Positions 9,225-19,228 of a stretch of 64,000 bases of DNA are shown piece by piece. The notes beneath the pieces were generated by a model that had not been told where the DNA came from, ran no database searches, and saw nothing but the letters and a program-made list of their open reading frames with translations. The DNA is taken from contig JBDTMH010000001.1 in the NCBI GenBank assembly GCA_039934375.1, forward strand, positions 6,648 to 70,647, written 5' to 3'. This stretch comes from Burkholderiaceae bacterium. GTDB lineage: Bacteria > Pseudomonadota > Gammaproteobacteria > Burkholderiales > Burkholderiaceae_C. Position 1 is the stretch's first letter; each line of letters opens with the position of its first letter. The translations under genes and the position numbers were made by a program.

Positions 9225-11051
9225 ATGCTCACCATTGAATCTCCGTTGCAGTCGCAGCTTGTGTGCTGGCAGGTCCGGCTCGGCGACCGGGTGCGCGCCG
9301 GCGACGTGCTGTTGATCCTGGAGGCGATGAAGATGGAGCATGAATTGCGTGCGCCGGTCGATGGCCGGGTGAACGCCGTGTTGTGCGAAGCCGGCGAGAC
9401 GGTGGCGCAGGGTCAGGTGCTGCTGCAACTCGAGCCGCTGCCCGAGACGCTGGAGGCTGCGCCTGTGGATGCCGCTGCGCCCGCCGGCGTGGCCGAAGCG
9501 GTTCGCCCTGATCTGCAGCGGATCCTGGAGCGCCATGCGCTGACGCTGGACGCGAGCCGGCCGGCGGCGATGGACAAGCGCCACGCGCTCGGACTGCGCA
9601 GCGCGCGAGAGAACATCGAGGACCTCTGCGATGCCGGCAGCTTCCGTGAATATGGCGCACTGGCCGTGGCGGCGCAGGCCACGCGGCGCGCTGCCGACGA
9701 CCTGATGCGCAATACGCCGGCCGACGGCATGGTCACCGGCATGGCGCAGGTCAATGGCGGCTTGTTCGGTGCCGGGCGCGCCGGCGCCGTGGTGCTGGCC
9801 TACGACGCCACCGTGCTGGCCGGAACCCAGGGCATGCGCAACCATCAGAAGACCGACCGCATGCTCGGCATCGCGTTGCAGAACCGCTTGCCGGTGGTGT
9901 TGTTCGCGGAAGGTGGTGGCGGCCGCCCGGGCGATGTCGACATGCCGATCGTGGCCGGGCTGCATGTGGCGACCTTCGCCCGTTTCGCGCGCCTCAATGG
10001 CCGGGTGCCGGTGGTCGGTATCGTGGCCGGACGCTGTTTTGCCGGCAATGCCGCGTTGCTGGGTTGCTGCGACGTGGTGATTGCGACACGGGGCAGCAAC
10101 ATCGGCATGGGCGGGCCGGCCATGGTCGAAGGCGGTGGTCTGGGCGTGTTCCGCCCCGAGCAGATCGGGCCGTCCGATGTGCAGCACGGCAACGGGGTGA
10201 TCGACGTGCTGGTCGACGACGAGGCCATGGCGGTGGCCCGGGCGCGCCAGTATCTGGCCTTCTTTCAGGGGGCGCTGATGCAATGGACGGCGCCGGACGC
10301 GTTGGCGCTGCGCGAAGTGGTGCCGCAGAACCGGCTGCGTGTCTACGACAGTCTCGCGGCCTTGGCCGCCCTGGCGGATGACGACAGCCTGCTGGCGCTG
10401 CGCACCGGGTTCGGTGTCGGCATCCACACTGCGCTGGGACGTATCGAAGGCCGGCCGGCCGGCTTCCTGGTCAGCAACCCGCAACATCTGGGGGGCGCGA
10501 TCGATGCCGATGCCGCCGACAAGGCGGCGCGTTTCATGCAGTTGTGCAACGCCCATGGCCTGCCCATCATCAGCCTGGTCGATACACCGGGTTTCATGGT
10601 CGGCCCGCAGGTCGAGGAACAGGCGCAGGTACGGCATGTGAGTCGTATGTTCATCGCTGCAGCACATCTTCGTGTGCCGCTGCTCAGCGTGGTTCTGCGC
10701 AAGGCCTACGGCCTGGGCGCAATGGCCATGACCGGTGGCGGCTTTCATGTGCCGATGGGGATTGCAGCCTGGCCCAGTGCCGAATTCGGCGCCATGGGCC
10801 TGGAGGGCGCCGTGCGACTGGGTTACCGCAAGGAACTCGAAGCCGCGCCCGAAGGTGCAGCGCGCGACGCGTTGTTCCAGCGGCTGGTCGATCAACAATA
10901 CGACAAGGGCAGCGCGGCCAACATGGCGGCCACACTGGAGATCGACGCGGTGATCGACCCGGCGCAGACGCGCCAATGGATCGTGCAGGCACTACAGGCC
11001 GGCGCCTTGCGGCCGTTGCAGGCCACGACGCCGATGATCGACAGCTGGTAA
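9225..11051 (+). CDS. Biotinyl (BCCP) domain fused to acyl-CoA carboxyltransferase domains
   Basis: N-terminal EAMKME biotinylation motif; CT motifs DATVLAGT, EGGGGR, MGGP, DTPGFMVG, RKAYGLG. Confidence 0.88.
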   Translation: MLTIESPLQSQLVCWQVRLGDRVRAGDVLLILEAMKMEHELRAPVDGRVNAVLCEAGETVAQGQVLLQLEPLPETLEAAPVDAAAPAGVAEAVRPDLQRILERHALTLDASRPAAMDKRHALGLRSARENIEDLCDAGSFREYGALAVAAQATRRAADDLMRNTPADGMVTGMAQVNGGLFGAGRAGAVVLAYDATVLAGTQGMRNHQKTDRMLGIALQNRLPVVLFAEGGGGRPGDVDMPIVAGLHVATFARFARLNGRVPVVGIVAGRCFAGNAALLGCCDVVIATRGSNIGMGGPAMVEGGGLGVFRPEQIGPSDVQHGNGVIDVLVDDEAMAVARARQYLAFFQGALMQWTAPDALALREVVPQNRLRVYDSLAALAALADDDSLLALRTGFGVGIHTALGRIEGRPAGFLVSNPQHLGGAIDADAADKAARFMQLCNAHGLPIISLVDTPGFMVGPQVEEQAQVRHVSRMFIAAAHLRVPLLSVVLRKAYGLGAMAMTGGGFHVPMGIAAWPSAEFGAMGLEGAVRLGYRKELEAAPEGAARDALFQRLVDQQYDKGSAANMAATLEIDAVIDPAQTRQWIVQALQAGALRPLQATTPMIDSW

Positions 11052-11099
11052 GGCTGTTGCCAGTCTGCCAAAATGGTTCTTTACACCAAGGAGATAACC

Positions 11100-12269
11100 A
11101 TGCCCGGACTGTTGCCCCATGTTGACCCCAAAGGCTTGCTCGAATTCTCGGTTGTCTATACTGACCGCGCGCTGAACCACATGTCCGGCAGCTTCCAGGG
11201 TGTCATGCGCGATATCTCCGGCGTGCTCAAGGAGGTCTACAACGCGCATGCGGCGGTGATCGTTCCCGGCAGCGGCACCTTCGGCATGGAGGCGGTCGCG
11301 CGCCAGTTCGCCACCGGCCAGAAGGTGCTGGTGATCCGCAACGGCTGGTTCAGCTACCGCTGGACCCAGATCTTCGACATGGGTTCGATTCCGTCCGAGG
11401 CTATCGTGCTCAAGGCGCGCCGCGTCGGGGCCGGCAAACAGGCGCCGTTTGCGCCGGTGCCGGTTGACGATGTCGTGGCCAGCATCCGCCAGCACAAGCC
11501 AGCGGTGGTGTTTGCGCCGCACGTGGAAACCTCCTCCGGCATGATGTTGCCGAACGACTACCTGCGTGCCGTCGCCGACGCGGTGCACGAAGTCGGGGGT
11601 CTGTTCGTGCTGGACTGCATTGCGTCCGGCACGATCTGGATCGACATGGTGGCCTGCGGCATCGACGTGCTGGTCAGTGCGCCGCAAAAAGGCTGGAGCA
11701 GTTCGCCTTGTTGCGCCATGGTGATGCTGAGCAAACTGGCGCGCGAGCGGATCGATTCCACCACCAGCACCAGCTTTGCCTGCGACCTGCGCAAGTGGCT
11801 GCAGATCATGGAGGCCTACGAGGGGGGCGGCCATGCCTATCACGCCACCCTGCCCACCGACGCGCTGGCCCAATTGCGTGACGTGATGCACGAGACCCGT
11901 GCCTACGGCTTTGCCAAGGTTCACGCCGAACAGCAGGCGCTGGGCGATGCGGTGCGTGCGTTGCTGGAGCGGCACGGTTTCCCCAGCGTGGCTGCCAAGG
12001 GTTTCCAGGCGCCCGGTGTGGTCGTCAGCTACACCGAGGATCCAGGCATCCAGTCGAGCAAGAAGTTCCTGGGACTGGGTTTGCAGACGGCCGCCGGCGT
12101 GCCCCTGCAATGCGACGAAGGCCCCGATTTCCAGAGTTTTCGCATTGGCTTGTTCGGTCTGGAAAAGTTGCACGATATCGACCGCACGGTTGCGCATCTG
12201 CAGGCGGCGCTGACGAAACTGGCGCCGTTGGCCGCGGCCGACGCACCGCAGGCGGCGCTGCAATCCTGA
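11100..12269 (+). CDS. Class V aminotransferase (serine/alanine-glyoxylate aminotransferase-like)
   Basis: PGSGTFGMEA, HVETSSG, DCIAS, SAPQKGW (PLP lysine), FRIGLFG; AAGGAG RBS. Confidence 0.88.
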   Translation: MPGLLPHVDPKGLLEFSVVYTDRALNHMSGSFQGVMRDISGVLKEVYNAHAAVIVPGSGTFGMEAVARQFATGQKVLVIRNGWFSYRWTQIFDMGSIPSEAIVLKARRVGAGKQAPFAPVPVDDVVASIRQHKPAVVFAPHVETSSGMMLPNDYLRAVADAVHEVGGLFVLDCIASGTIWIDMVACGIDVLVSAPQKGWSSSPCCAMVMLSKLARERIDSTTSTSFACDLRKWLQIMEAYEGGGHAYHATLPTDALAQLRDVMHETRAYGFAKVHAEQQALGDAVRALLERHGFPSVAAKGFQAPGVVVSYTEDPGIQSSKKFLGLGLQTAAGVPLQCDEGPDFQSFRIGLFGLEKLHDIDRTVAHLQAALTKLAPLAAADAPQAALQS

Positions 12270-12289
12270 AACCGCCGCCTGCATCGATG

Positions 12290-12309
12290 CCGGGTGGATC
12301 GCCACCCGG
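12290..12309 (+). terminator. Possible intrinsic terminator/attenuator hairpin
   Basis: CCGGGTGG-ATCG-CCACCCGG perfect 8-bp stem followed by TTCTGTT, 20 nt after the aminotransferase stop. Confidence 0.45.
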
Positions 12310-12325
12310 TTCTGTTGGAGCCTAT

Positions 12326-12985
12326 TTGCCGCAAGCACTCACACTCGAGTCGCTTCCCTTGTTTCCACTGGGTACCGTGTTGTACCCGGGCGGGGTGTTG
12401 CCACTGCGCATCTTCGAGGTTCGTTATCTGGACATGATCGGCAAGTGTCACAAGGTCGGCGCGCCGTTCGGCGTGGTGGCGCTGACACGCGGCTCCGAGG
12501 TGCAACGTGCGCCGAACTCCGAGCCCACCGCAGAGGCCTTCCCCGACGAGACCTTTCATGACATCGGTACGCTGGCGACCATTACCGCGCTGTCGCGCCC
12601 GCAAGCCGGCCTGATGGAAATCCGATGCGTCGGTTTGCAGCGTTTCACACTGCGCCGGCGCGAAAAGTTGCGCCACGGCTTGTGGGTCGGCGACGTGGAG
12701 CAACTGCCTGACGACCTGCCCACGCCGGTTCCGCCAGATCTGTTGCCGATCGCCCAGAGTCTGGGCCGGCTGGTCGAGCGGCTGCAGCAACAAGGCATGT
12801 CGGAGGCACAGTTGCCGATGGACCTGCCGCTGCGCCTGGACGACTGTGGCTGGGTTGCCAACCGCTGGTGTGAATTGCTCGGCCTCGCGCCGGAGTTGCA
12901 GCAGCGCATGATGGTGCTGGACAACCCGTTGGTGCGACTGGAACTGGTCGGCGACATCCTGCAACGCCACGGCATCGAACTCTGA
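12326..12985 (+). CDS. LON peptidase N-terminal (substrate-binding) domain protein
   Basis: LPLFPLGTVLYPGGVLPLRIFEVRYLDM motif; GGAG RBS before TTG 12326. Confidence 0.88.
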   Translation: MPQALTLESLPLFPLGTVLYPGGVLPLRIFEVRYLDMIGKCHKVGAPFGVVALTRGSEVQRAPNSEPTAEAFPDETFHDIGTLATITALSRPQAGLMEIRCVGLQRFTLRRREKLRHGLWVGDVEQLPDDLPTPVPPDLLPIAQSLGRLVERLQQQGMSEAQLPMDLPLRLDDCGWVANRWCELLGLAPELQQRMMVLDNPLVRLELVGDILQRHGIEL

Positions 12986-13173
12986 GCAACCGAACCCCGC
13001 GCGGCGCTGTTTCTTGTGCGTGGGGTGCGGGTCTTGCGGTCCGGCGCGGGTGGCTGGCGCCGGGCGCCGATAATCGCCGTTTGTAGCCGCGACGGCTTCA
13101 ACGGCCGGCGGGTTTGCCTGCTGAGGTGGCCGCGCGCTGCCTGGCTGAACCTCTTTTTTCGATTCTCTGCCTC

Positions 13174-13827
13174 GTGAATCCGACTGCTGCCGCCTTGCTG
13201 GAACTCCGGGACGTGACGTGCGTGCGGGGTGGTCGCGCCTTGTTCAGCCGCTTGCAGTGCCGGCTTTCGGCCGGGCAGTTGTTGCGGGTGCGCGGTGTCA
13301 ATGGCGCCGGCAAGACCAGTCTGCTGCGCATGGTGTGCGGCCTGTTGCCGCCGGCTGAGGGCCAGGTGCTGTGGCGCGGCGAGCGGATCGGCGATCTGGG
13401 CGGTCAATTCGGCCGCGAACTGGTGTATCTGGGCCATGCGGCGGCACTCAAGGACGACCTGACCGGCCCGGAAAATCTGCAGACCGCGTGCTTGCTCGGC
13501 GGCCTGGTGGTGACACCGGCGCAGGCGCGCGCCGCGTTGGCGCAGGCCGGATTGCCAGGGCGCTGGCGGGTTCCTGCGCGCCAGTTGTCGCAGGGGCAGC
13601 GCCGGCGGGTTGCACTGGCGCGCCTGTTGTTGTGCCGCGATGTGCCATTGTGGGTGCTGGACGAGCCGTTCAATGCGCTGGACAGCGATGCGACCGACTG
13701 GTTGTGTGGCGTGGTCTCCGCGCATCTGGATGCCGGCGGGCTGGTCGTGCTGACCAGCCACCAGGATGTGGCGCTGGACGCGCCGGCCGAACGGCTGGTG
13801 CCCTTGCTGCTGGAAAAAGCGCCGTGA
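13174..13827 (+). CDS. ccmA: Heme exporter ATP-binding subunit
   Basis: GVNGAGKTSLLR, YLGHAAALKDDL, LSQGQRRRVALARL, WVLDEPF; first gene of the ccm cluster. Confidence 0.92.
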   Translation: MNPTAAALLELRDVTCVRGGRALFSRLQCRLSAGQLLRVRGVNGAGKTSLLRMVCGLLPPAEGQVLWRGERIGDLGGQFGRELVYLGHAAALKDDLTGPENLQTACLLGGLVVTPAQARAALAQAGLPGRWRVPARQLSQGQRRRVALARLLLCRDVPLWVLDEPFNALDSDATDWLCGVVSAHLDAGGLVVLTSHQDVALDAPAERLVPLLLEKAP

Positions 13828-14615
13828 GCCGCCGGACCGCTCGCACTCCGGATCCTGATTCGCGCGCAGCAACGCGCAGTTCCGTCGTCGGCATTCCCGT
13901 CGCAACCGAGGGCGTGTCGGCGACGGCCGCGCTGATGCGCGCCAGCATTTTCGGCGCGATGCGTGCGCTGGTGCTGCGCGACCTGCGTCTGGCACTGCGC
14001 CGGCGCGCCGATCCGCTCAGTGTGCTGGTGTTCTTTGTGCTGGTCGCCAGTCTGTTTCCTCTGGGCGTCGGCCCCGAGCCCGCGTTGCTGCGCAGCATGG
14101 GCCCTGGCGTGGTCTTCGTGGCGGCGCTGCTGGCGGCGATGTTGTCGCTCGGCCGTCTGTTTGCCGACGACTACCAGGATGGCACACTGGAGCAATTGCT
14201 GTTGTCGGCCTGCCCGCTGCCCTTGCTGGCGCTGGCCAAGATCCTGGCACACTGGATCGGCTCTGGACTGTTGCTGGCCCTGATCTCGCCCTTGCTGGCC
14301 CTGCAGTTTGACCTGGGCTGGCCGGCCACCGGGGTATTGCTGCTGGCGCTGTTGACCGTCACGCCGCTGCTGAGCTTGATCGGAGCGGTGGGGGCCGCGC
14401 TGACGGTCGGTGTGCGTGGCGCGGCGGTGCTGATGCCGCTGCTGGTGCTGCCTCTGTGTGTTCCGGTGCTTATTTTTGGAACGGCTGCCGTGGATGCGAG
14501 TCGTACCGGCATGTCGGTCGAAGGTCACTTCTCGTTGTTGCTTGCGTTTCTGGTGCTGGCCCTGATCGGCGCACCCTGGGCGACCGCCACCGCATTGCGG
14601 ATCGCGTTGGAATGA
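13824..14615 (+). CDS. ccmB: Heme exporter permease
   Basis: RDLRLALRR, LFPLGVGPEP, DYQDGTLEQL, PVLIFG. Start GTG 13824 (coupled) or ATG 13935. Confidence 0.92.
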   Translation: MSRRTARTPDPDSRAATRSSVVGIPVATEGVSATAALMRASIFGAMRALVLRDLRLALRRRADPLSVLVFFVLVASLFPLGVGPEPALLRSMGPGVVFVAALLAAMLSLGRLFADDYQDGTLEQLLLSACPLPLLALAKILAHWIGSGLLLALISPLLALQFDLGWPATGVLLLALLTVTPLLSLIGAVGAALTVGVRGAAVLMPLLVLPLCVPVLIFGTAAVDASRTGMSVEGHFSLLLAFLVLALIGAPWATATALRIALE

Positions 14616-14707
14616 GGCCGTTGCCGCGATGGATTACCCCGATCGGGACAGCAGGCTTGGCGACTAGGGTAAATTCAGAGGCTCGCTATATTTGTCATGG
14701 CCGATAA
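14612..14707 (+). other. 31-aa bridging mini-ORF between ccmB and ccmC
   Basis: MRPLPRWITPIGTAGLATRVNSEARYICHGR*. ATG overlaps the ccmB TGA; stop lies 11 nt into ccmC. Confidence 0.3.
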
Positions 14708-15440
14708 ACGGATCAACTGGTTCAAGTACGCTGCGCCGCAGAGTTTCTATCCGCTGGCGGGGCGGATGCTGCCGTGGTTTTCGCTCGCGGCCGTGCTGCT
14801 GTGCGCGATCGGTCTGTATCTGGGCCTGTGGGTTGCGCCGACCGATGCCCAGCAGGGCGACGCGTATCGCATCATCTTCATCCATGTGCCTTCCGCCTGG
14901 ATGTCCATGGTGGTCTACCTGGCGATGGCATTCTGGGCCGCGATCGGCCTGGTCTTCAACTCCCGGCTGTCGTCGATGCTGGCGACGGCGCTGGCGCCCA
15001 CCGGCGCCTGGATGACGTTCATAGCGCTGTGGACTGGCGCCTTGTGGGGCAAACCGACTTGGGGCACCTGGTGGGTCTGGGACGCCCGACTCACGTCGGA
15101 GCTGGTTCTGCTGTTTCTTTACATCGGTTACATGTCCTTGCATGCAGCAATCGAAGACACGCGCCGCGCCGACCGTTCGGCCGCGCTGCTGGCGATCGTC
15201 GGCGTGGTCAACGTGCCGATCATCTACTTCTCGGTCAAATGGTGGAATACCCTGCACCAGGGCGCGTCGGTCAGCCTCACCAATGCACCGAGCATGGCGC
15301 CGCCGATGCTGATCGGCATGCTGGTGATGAGCCTGGCCTTCTGGGCCTATTGCATTGCCGTGGTGCTGGCGCGGGTGCGTACCGTCATTCTCGAACGCGA
15401 GCGGCATACCCAATGGGTGCGCAAGGTGGTGGCGGCATGA
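14697..15440 (+). CDS. ccmC: Heme exporter / heme-handling protein C
   Basis: IFIHVP, WWD motif WGKPTWGTWWVWDARLT, WWNTLHQ. Confidence 0.96.
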   Translation: MADKRINWFKYAAPQSFYPLAGRMLPWFSLAAVLLCAIGLYLGLWVAPTDAQQGDAYRIIFIHVPSAWMSMVVYLAMAFWAAIGLVFNSRLSSMLATALAPTGAWMTFIALWTGALWGKPTWGTWWVWDARLTSELVLLFLYIGYMSLHAAIEDTRRADRSAALLAIVGVVNVPIIYFSVKWWNTLHQGASVSLTNAPSMAPPMLIGMLVMSLAFWAYCIAVVLARVRTVILERERHTQWVRKVVAA

Positions 15441-15493
15441 GTGATTCCATGCTGGCCCCACCGGCCGCGTGCCGAACCGAAGGTCGCCGATGA
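15437..15493 (+). other. 18-aa bridging mini-ORF between ccmC and ccmD
   Basis: [22 protein letters not shown] overlaps at both ends; ATGAG duplicated. Confidence 0.45.
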
Positions 15494-15675
15494 GCGGGTC
15501 GAGCTGGTCGGATTTTGTCGCCATGGGCGGCTACGGTCTCTATGTCTGGGGCTCGTTCGCAATGTGTGGCGCGGTGCTGGCGCTTGAACTCGGCCTGCTG
15601 GTTTTGCGCCGGCGCAGCTTGCGTGGCGATATCGAAGAGGGCGTCGACAATCCCGACGCAGGAGCACAGGCATGA
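15490..15675 (+). CDS. ccmD: Heme exporter protein D
   Basis: [18 protein letters not shown] signature; position between ccmC and ccmE. Confidence 0.92.
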   Translation: MSGSSWSDFVAMGGYGLYVWGSFAMCGAVLALELGLLVLRRRSLRGDIEEGVDNPDAGAQA

Positions 15676-16160
15676 AACCCCGTACCAAACGCGCGCTGGC
15701 CGTGGTGCTGGCACTGGCGGCACTGGCAATTGCCAGTGCGCTGGTGCTGCGCGCCTTTCAAAGCAATCTGGTGTTTTTCTTCAGTCCCAGCCAGGTCGTG
15801 GCCAAGGAAGCGCCGCATGAACGCAGTTTTCGCATTGGCGGCCTGGTCGAACAGGGCAGCATTGTCCGTGACGCACAGAGCCTGACGGTGCGTTTTGCGG
15901 TCACTGACCTGGCGCACACCATTCCGGTCACCTACACCGGATTGCTGCCCGACCTGTTCAAGGAAGGCAAGGGTGTGGTGGCCGAGGGCAAACTGGGTTC
16001 CGACGGCCTGTTCCACGCCAACCAGGTGCTGGCCAAACATGACGAAAACTACATGCCGCCGGAGGCGGCACAAGCCTTGAAGAATGCAGCCGCGCACAAG
16101 GAGCAGTCGACCGCCACCTTGTCGATGTCACCCTCCACCTCAGCCGGAGCCAAACCGTGA
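15672..16160 (+). CDS. ccmE: Heme chaperone
   Basis: [10 protein letters not shown] and [10 protein letters not shown] motifs. Confidence 0.96.
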   Translation: MKPRTKRALAVVLALAALAIASALVLRAFQSNLVFFFSPSQVVAKEAPHERSFRIGGLVEQGSIVRDAQSLTVRFAVTDLAHTIPVTYTGLLPDLFKEGKGVVAEGKLGSDGLFHANQVLAKHDENYMPPEAAQALKNAAAHKEQSTATLSMSPSTSAGAKP

Positions 16161-18214
16161 TTTACGAATTGGGCCATCTGGCCCTGATCCTGGCCTTGAC
16201 CATGGCACTGTCGCAGAGCGTGTTGCCGCTGATCGGGGCGCAGACCGGCAATGCCGCCTGGATGGCACTGGCGCGACCCTCGGCGCGTGGTCAGTTCCTG
16301 TTCCTGGTAATCGCCTATGGCTGCCTGACCCACGCCTTCATCACCAACGACTTCTCGATTGCGCTGGCCGCGAACCATTCCAACTCGACGCTGCCGCTGA
16401 TCTATCGCATCACGGCGGTGTGGGGCAACCATGAAGGCTCGATCCTGTTGTGGTCGCTGATCCTGTCGGGCTGGACGCTGGCGGTGTCGATCTTCTCGCG
16501 CCAGCTGGACGACCGCATGGTTGCGCGGGTGCTGGGCGTGATGGGCCTGATCAGTTGTGGCTTCATGTTGTTCACGCTGCTCACGTCCAACCCGTTCGAG
16601 CGTATGTTTCCGCCGCCGGCCGACGGCAATGACCTCAACCCCTTGCTGCAGGACCCGGGCATGGTGATCCACCCGCCGATGCTGTACATGGGTTACGTGG
16701 GATTCGTGGTCGCCTTTGCGTTTGCCGTGTCGGCCCTGTTGTCTGGCCGACTCGATGCCGCCTGGGCGCGCTGGTCGCGCCCCTGGACCACGGTCGCGTG
16801 GTGCTTTCTGACCTGCGGCATTGCGCTGGGCAGCTTCTGGGCCTATTACGAACTCGGCTGGGGTGGCTGGTGGTTCTGGGATCCGGTCGAAAACGCGTCC
16901 TTCATGCCCTGGCTGGTCGGCACTGCGCTGATCCATTCGCTGGCCGTCACCGAGAAACGTGGCGGCTTCAAGATGTGGACCGCCCTGCTGGCCATACTGG
17001 CGTTCTCGCTGTCGCTGCTGGGAACCTTCATCGTGCGCTCCGGCGTGCTCAGTTCGGTCCATGCATTTGCCAGCGATCCGGCACGCGGCGTCTTCATCCT
17101 GGCGTTCCTGGCGCTGGTCATTGGCGGTTCGCTGACGCTGTTCGCCTGGCGCGCGCCGCGGGTGGGCCTGGGCGGCGGCTTCGAGCCGGTCTCGCGCGAA
17201 TCGATGCTGCTGGCCAACAACGTGCTGCTGCTGGTAGCGGCGTCGGCGGTGCTGCTGGGCACCTTGTACCCGCTGGTCATCGATGCCTTGGGCATGGGCA
17301 AGTTGTCGGTCGGGCCGCCGTATTTCGACACCGTCTTCGTGCCGCTGATGACGCCGGCGCTGTTCCTGATGGGTATCGGCCCGATCGCGCGCTGGCGCCA
17401 GGCCAGCCTGCCAGACCTGGCCTGGCGCCTGCGCTGGGCATTCGGTGTCAGCGTGGCGAGTGCTGTGGTGGCGTTTTTCGCGCTGGGCAAATGGACGCCG
17501 ATGATCGGCCTGGGGCTGGCGCTGGCAGCGTGGATTGCCAGTACCACGGTTCTCAATCTTGTCACCCGACTGCAGGAAAACGGCTCGCCGCAATGGTCGC
17601 GCCGCTTCCTGGCCCAGCCCGGTAGCTACTACGGCATGCTGCTGGCGCACTTCGGCGTTGCGGTGTTCGTCGTCGGCGTCACCGTGGTCAGCGGCTTTGC
17701 GACCGAGAACGACGTGCGCATGGAGCCCGGCGACACGGCCAGCGTCGCGGGTTACCAAGTGCGGCTGGACAAGATCGAGGATGTGAAGGGGCCGAATTAC
17801 CAGGCTTCGCGCGCCACGCTGACGATCAGCCGTGATGGCCAGGTGGTGTCCACTGTCACGCCGGATCGGCGCGTCTACAACGTCAGCCGCTCGCCGATGA
17901 CCGAGGTGGCGATCGACCGCAGTCTGCTGCGCGATGTCTATATTGCGCTCGGAGATCCGGTCAGCGCCACGGCCTGGAGCGTGCGCCTGCACCACAAGCC
18001 CTTTGTGAACTGGATCTGGCTCGGCTGCGTGCTGATGGCGCTGGGCGGTTTGATGGCGGTAATGGACCGGCGTTATCGCAAGGTGCGGGTGCAGCGCCGC
18101 GTTCCAGTGCGGGCCGGCGCGGATGCGGGCGCGGGTGGCCGCCCGGCCTCGGTGCCGAAACCCTCGGCCGCCGCCGTAGCGGTGCGATCCGACGCTGCGT
18201 CATCGTCGCCATGA
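16157..18214 (+). CDS. ccmF: Cytochrome c synthetase (heme lyase)
   Basis: [43 protein letters not shown]. Confidence 0.97.
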   Translation: MIYELGHLALILALTMALSQSVLPLIGAQTGNAAWMALARPSARGQFLFLVIAYGCLTHAFITNDFSIALAANHSNSTLPLIYRITAVWGNHEGSILLWSLILSGWTLAVSIFSRQLDDRMVARVLGVMGLISCGFMLFTLLTSNPFERMFPPPADGNDLNPLLQDPGMVIHPPMLYMGYVGFVVAFAFAVSALLSGRLDAAWARWSRPWTTVAWCFLTCGIALGSFWAYYELGWGGWWFWDPVENASFMPWLVGTALIHSLAVTEKRGGFKMWTALLAILAFSLSLLGTFIVRSGVLSSVHAFASDPARGVFILAFLALVIGGSLTLFAWRAPRVGLGGGFEPVSRESMLLANNVLLLVAASAVLLGTLYPLVIDALGMGKLSVGPPYFDTVFVPLMTPALFLMGIGPIARWRQASLPDLAWRLRWAFGVSVASAVVAFFALGKWTPMIGLGLALAAWIASTTVLNLVTRLQENGSPQWSRRFLAQPGSYYGMLLAHFGVAVFVVGVTVVSGFATENDVRMEPGDTASVAGYQVRLDKIEDVKGPNYQASRATLTISRDGQVVSTVTPDRRVYNVSRSPMTEVAIDRSLLRDVYIALGDPVSATAWSVRLHHKPFVNWIWLGCVLMALGGLMAVMDRRYRKVRVQRRVPVRAGADAGAGGRPASVPKPSAAAVAVRSDAASSSP

Positions 18215-18735
18215 AGAAGTTCCTGATTCCCCTGGCCATCTTCCTGGTGTTGGTCGGTTTCCTGGCCGTCGGCCTGGGTCTGGATCCGCGCAAGGTTCCG
18301 TCTCCGCTGATCGACAAGCCGGCGCCGGCGTTCAGCCTGCCGTTGCTGGACGCGCCCGAGCAGACACTGTCGGCCAAGGATCTGCTCGGCAAGGTCTGGA
18401 TCCTCAACGTCTGGGCGTCCTGGTGCGTGGCCTGCCGCATCGAGCATCCACTGCTGGTGGAGTTCTCGAAGATGGGCGTGGTGCCGATGTACGGCTTGAA
18501 CTACAAGGACAAGCGCGACGACGCGATGGGCTGGCTCGGCAAGTTCGGCAACCCGTACACCCGTTCGCTGTCTGACACCGAAGGCCTGGTCGGCATCGAT
18601 TTCGGTGTGTACGGCGTGCCCGAGACCTTCGTCATCGACAAGCAGGGCGTGATTCGATACAAGCAGATCGGCCCGGTCACTCCCGAGGTATTGCGTGACG
18701 ACATCATCCCGCTGGTCAGGAAACTCGGTGGCTGA
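18211..18735 (+). CDS. ccmG: Thiol:disulfide interchange protein DsbE/CcmG
   Basis: NVWASWCVAC, NYKD, GVYGVPETF. Confidence 0.95.
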   Translation: MKKFLIPLAIFLVLVGFLAVGLGLDPRKVPSPLIDKPAPAFSLPLLDAPEQTLSAKDLLGKVWILNVWASWCVACRIEHPLLVEFSKMGVVPMYGLNYKDKRDDAMGWLGKFGNPYTRSLSDTEGLVGIDFGVYGVPETFVIDKQGVIRYKQIGPVTPEVLRDDIIPLVRKLGG

Positions 18736-19228
18736 CGCGCGGCCGCACGGTTGGCGTCGCCTGGCAGCGCCGCTCGTTGCCTGCGTGTTGGCGCTGGTGC
18801 TGGTCGGCGCCGGCGCCAAGCAGGCCGTACCGGAGTCGGATGACCCGGTGCTCGAGGCGCGCATGCTGGCCATCGCCGAAGAACTGCGTTGCCTGGTGTG
18901 CCAGAACGAAACCATTGCCGCGTCGCATGCCGACCTGGCGGTCGATTTGCGCAAGCAGATCCGGCTCAAGTTGACAGCAGGCCAGTCGAAACAGCAGATC
19001 GTCGATTTCATGGTCGCGCGGTATGGCGAATTCGTGTTGTACCGCCCGCCACTCAAGGCCAGCACGTTGCTGCTGTGGCTGGGACCCTTCGTGCTGCTGA
19101 TCGTGGGCGCGGTGGTGATGGCGATCAATATCCGGCGGCGCCGACGCGGGGTACTCGCGCAGACGTGGAGTCCGGAGCAAGCGCAGCGCGCGCGGGCCTT
19201 GCTCGACGAAGGGGCGGGTCCGTCATGA
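18728..19228 (+). CDS. ccmH: Cytochrome c biogenesis protein CcmH
   Basis: LRCLVCQNE, RYGEFVLYRP. Confidence 0.93.
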   Translation: MADARPHGWRRLAAPLVACVLALVLVGAGAKQAVPESDDPVLEARMLAIAEELRCLVCQNETIAASHADLAVDLRKQIRLKLTAGQSKQQIVDFMVARYGEFVLYRPPLKASTLLLWLGPFVLLIVGAVVMAINIRRRRRGVLAQTWSPEQAQRARALLDEGAGPS

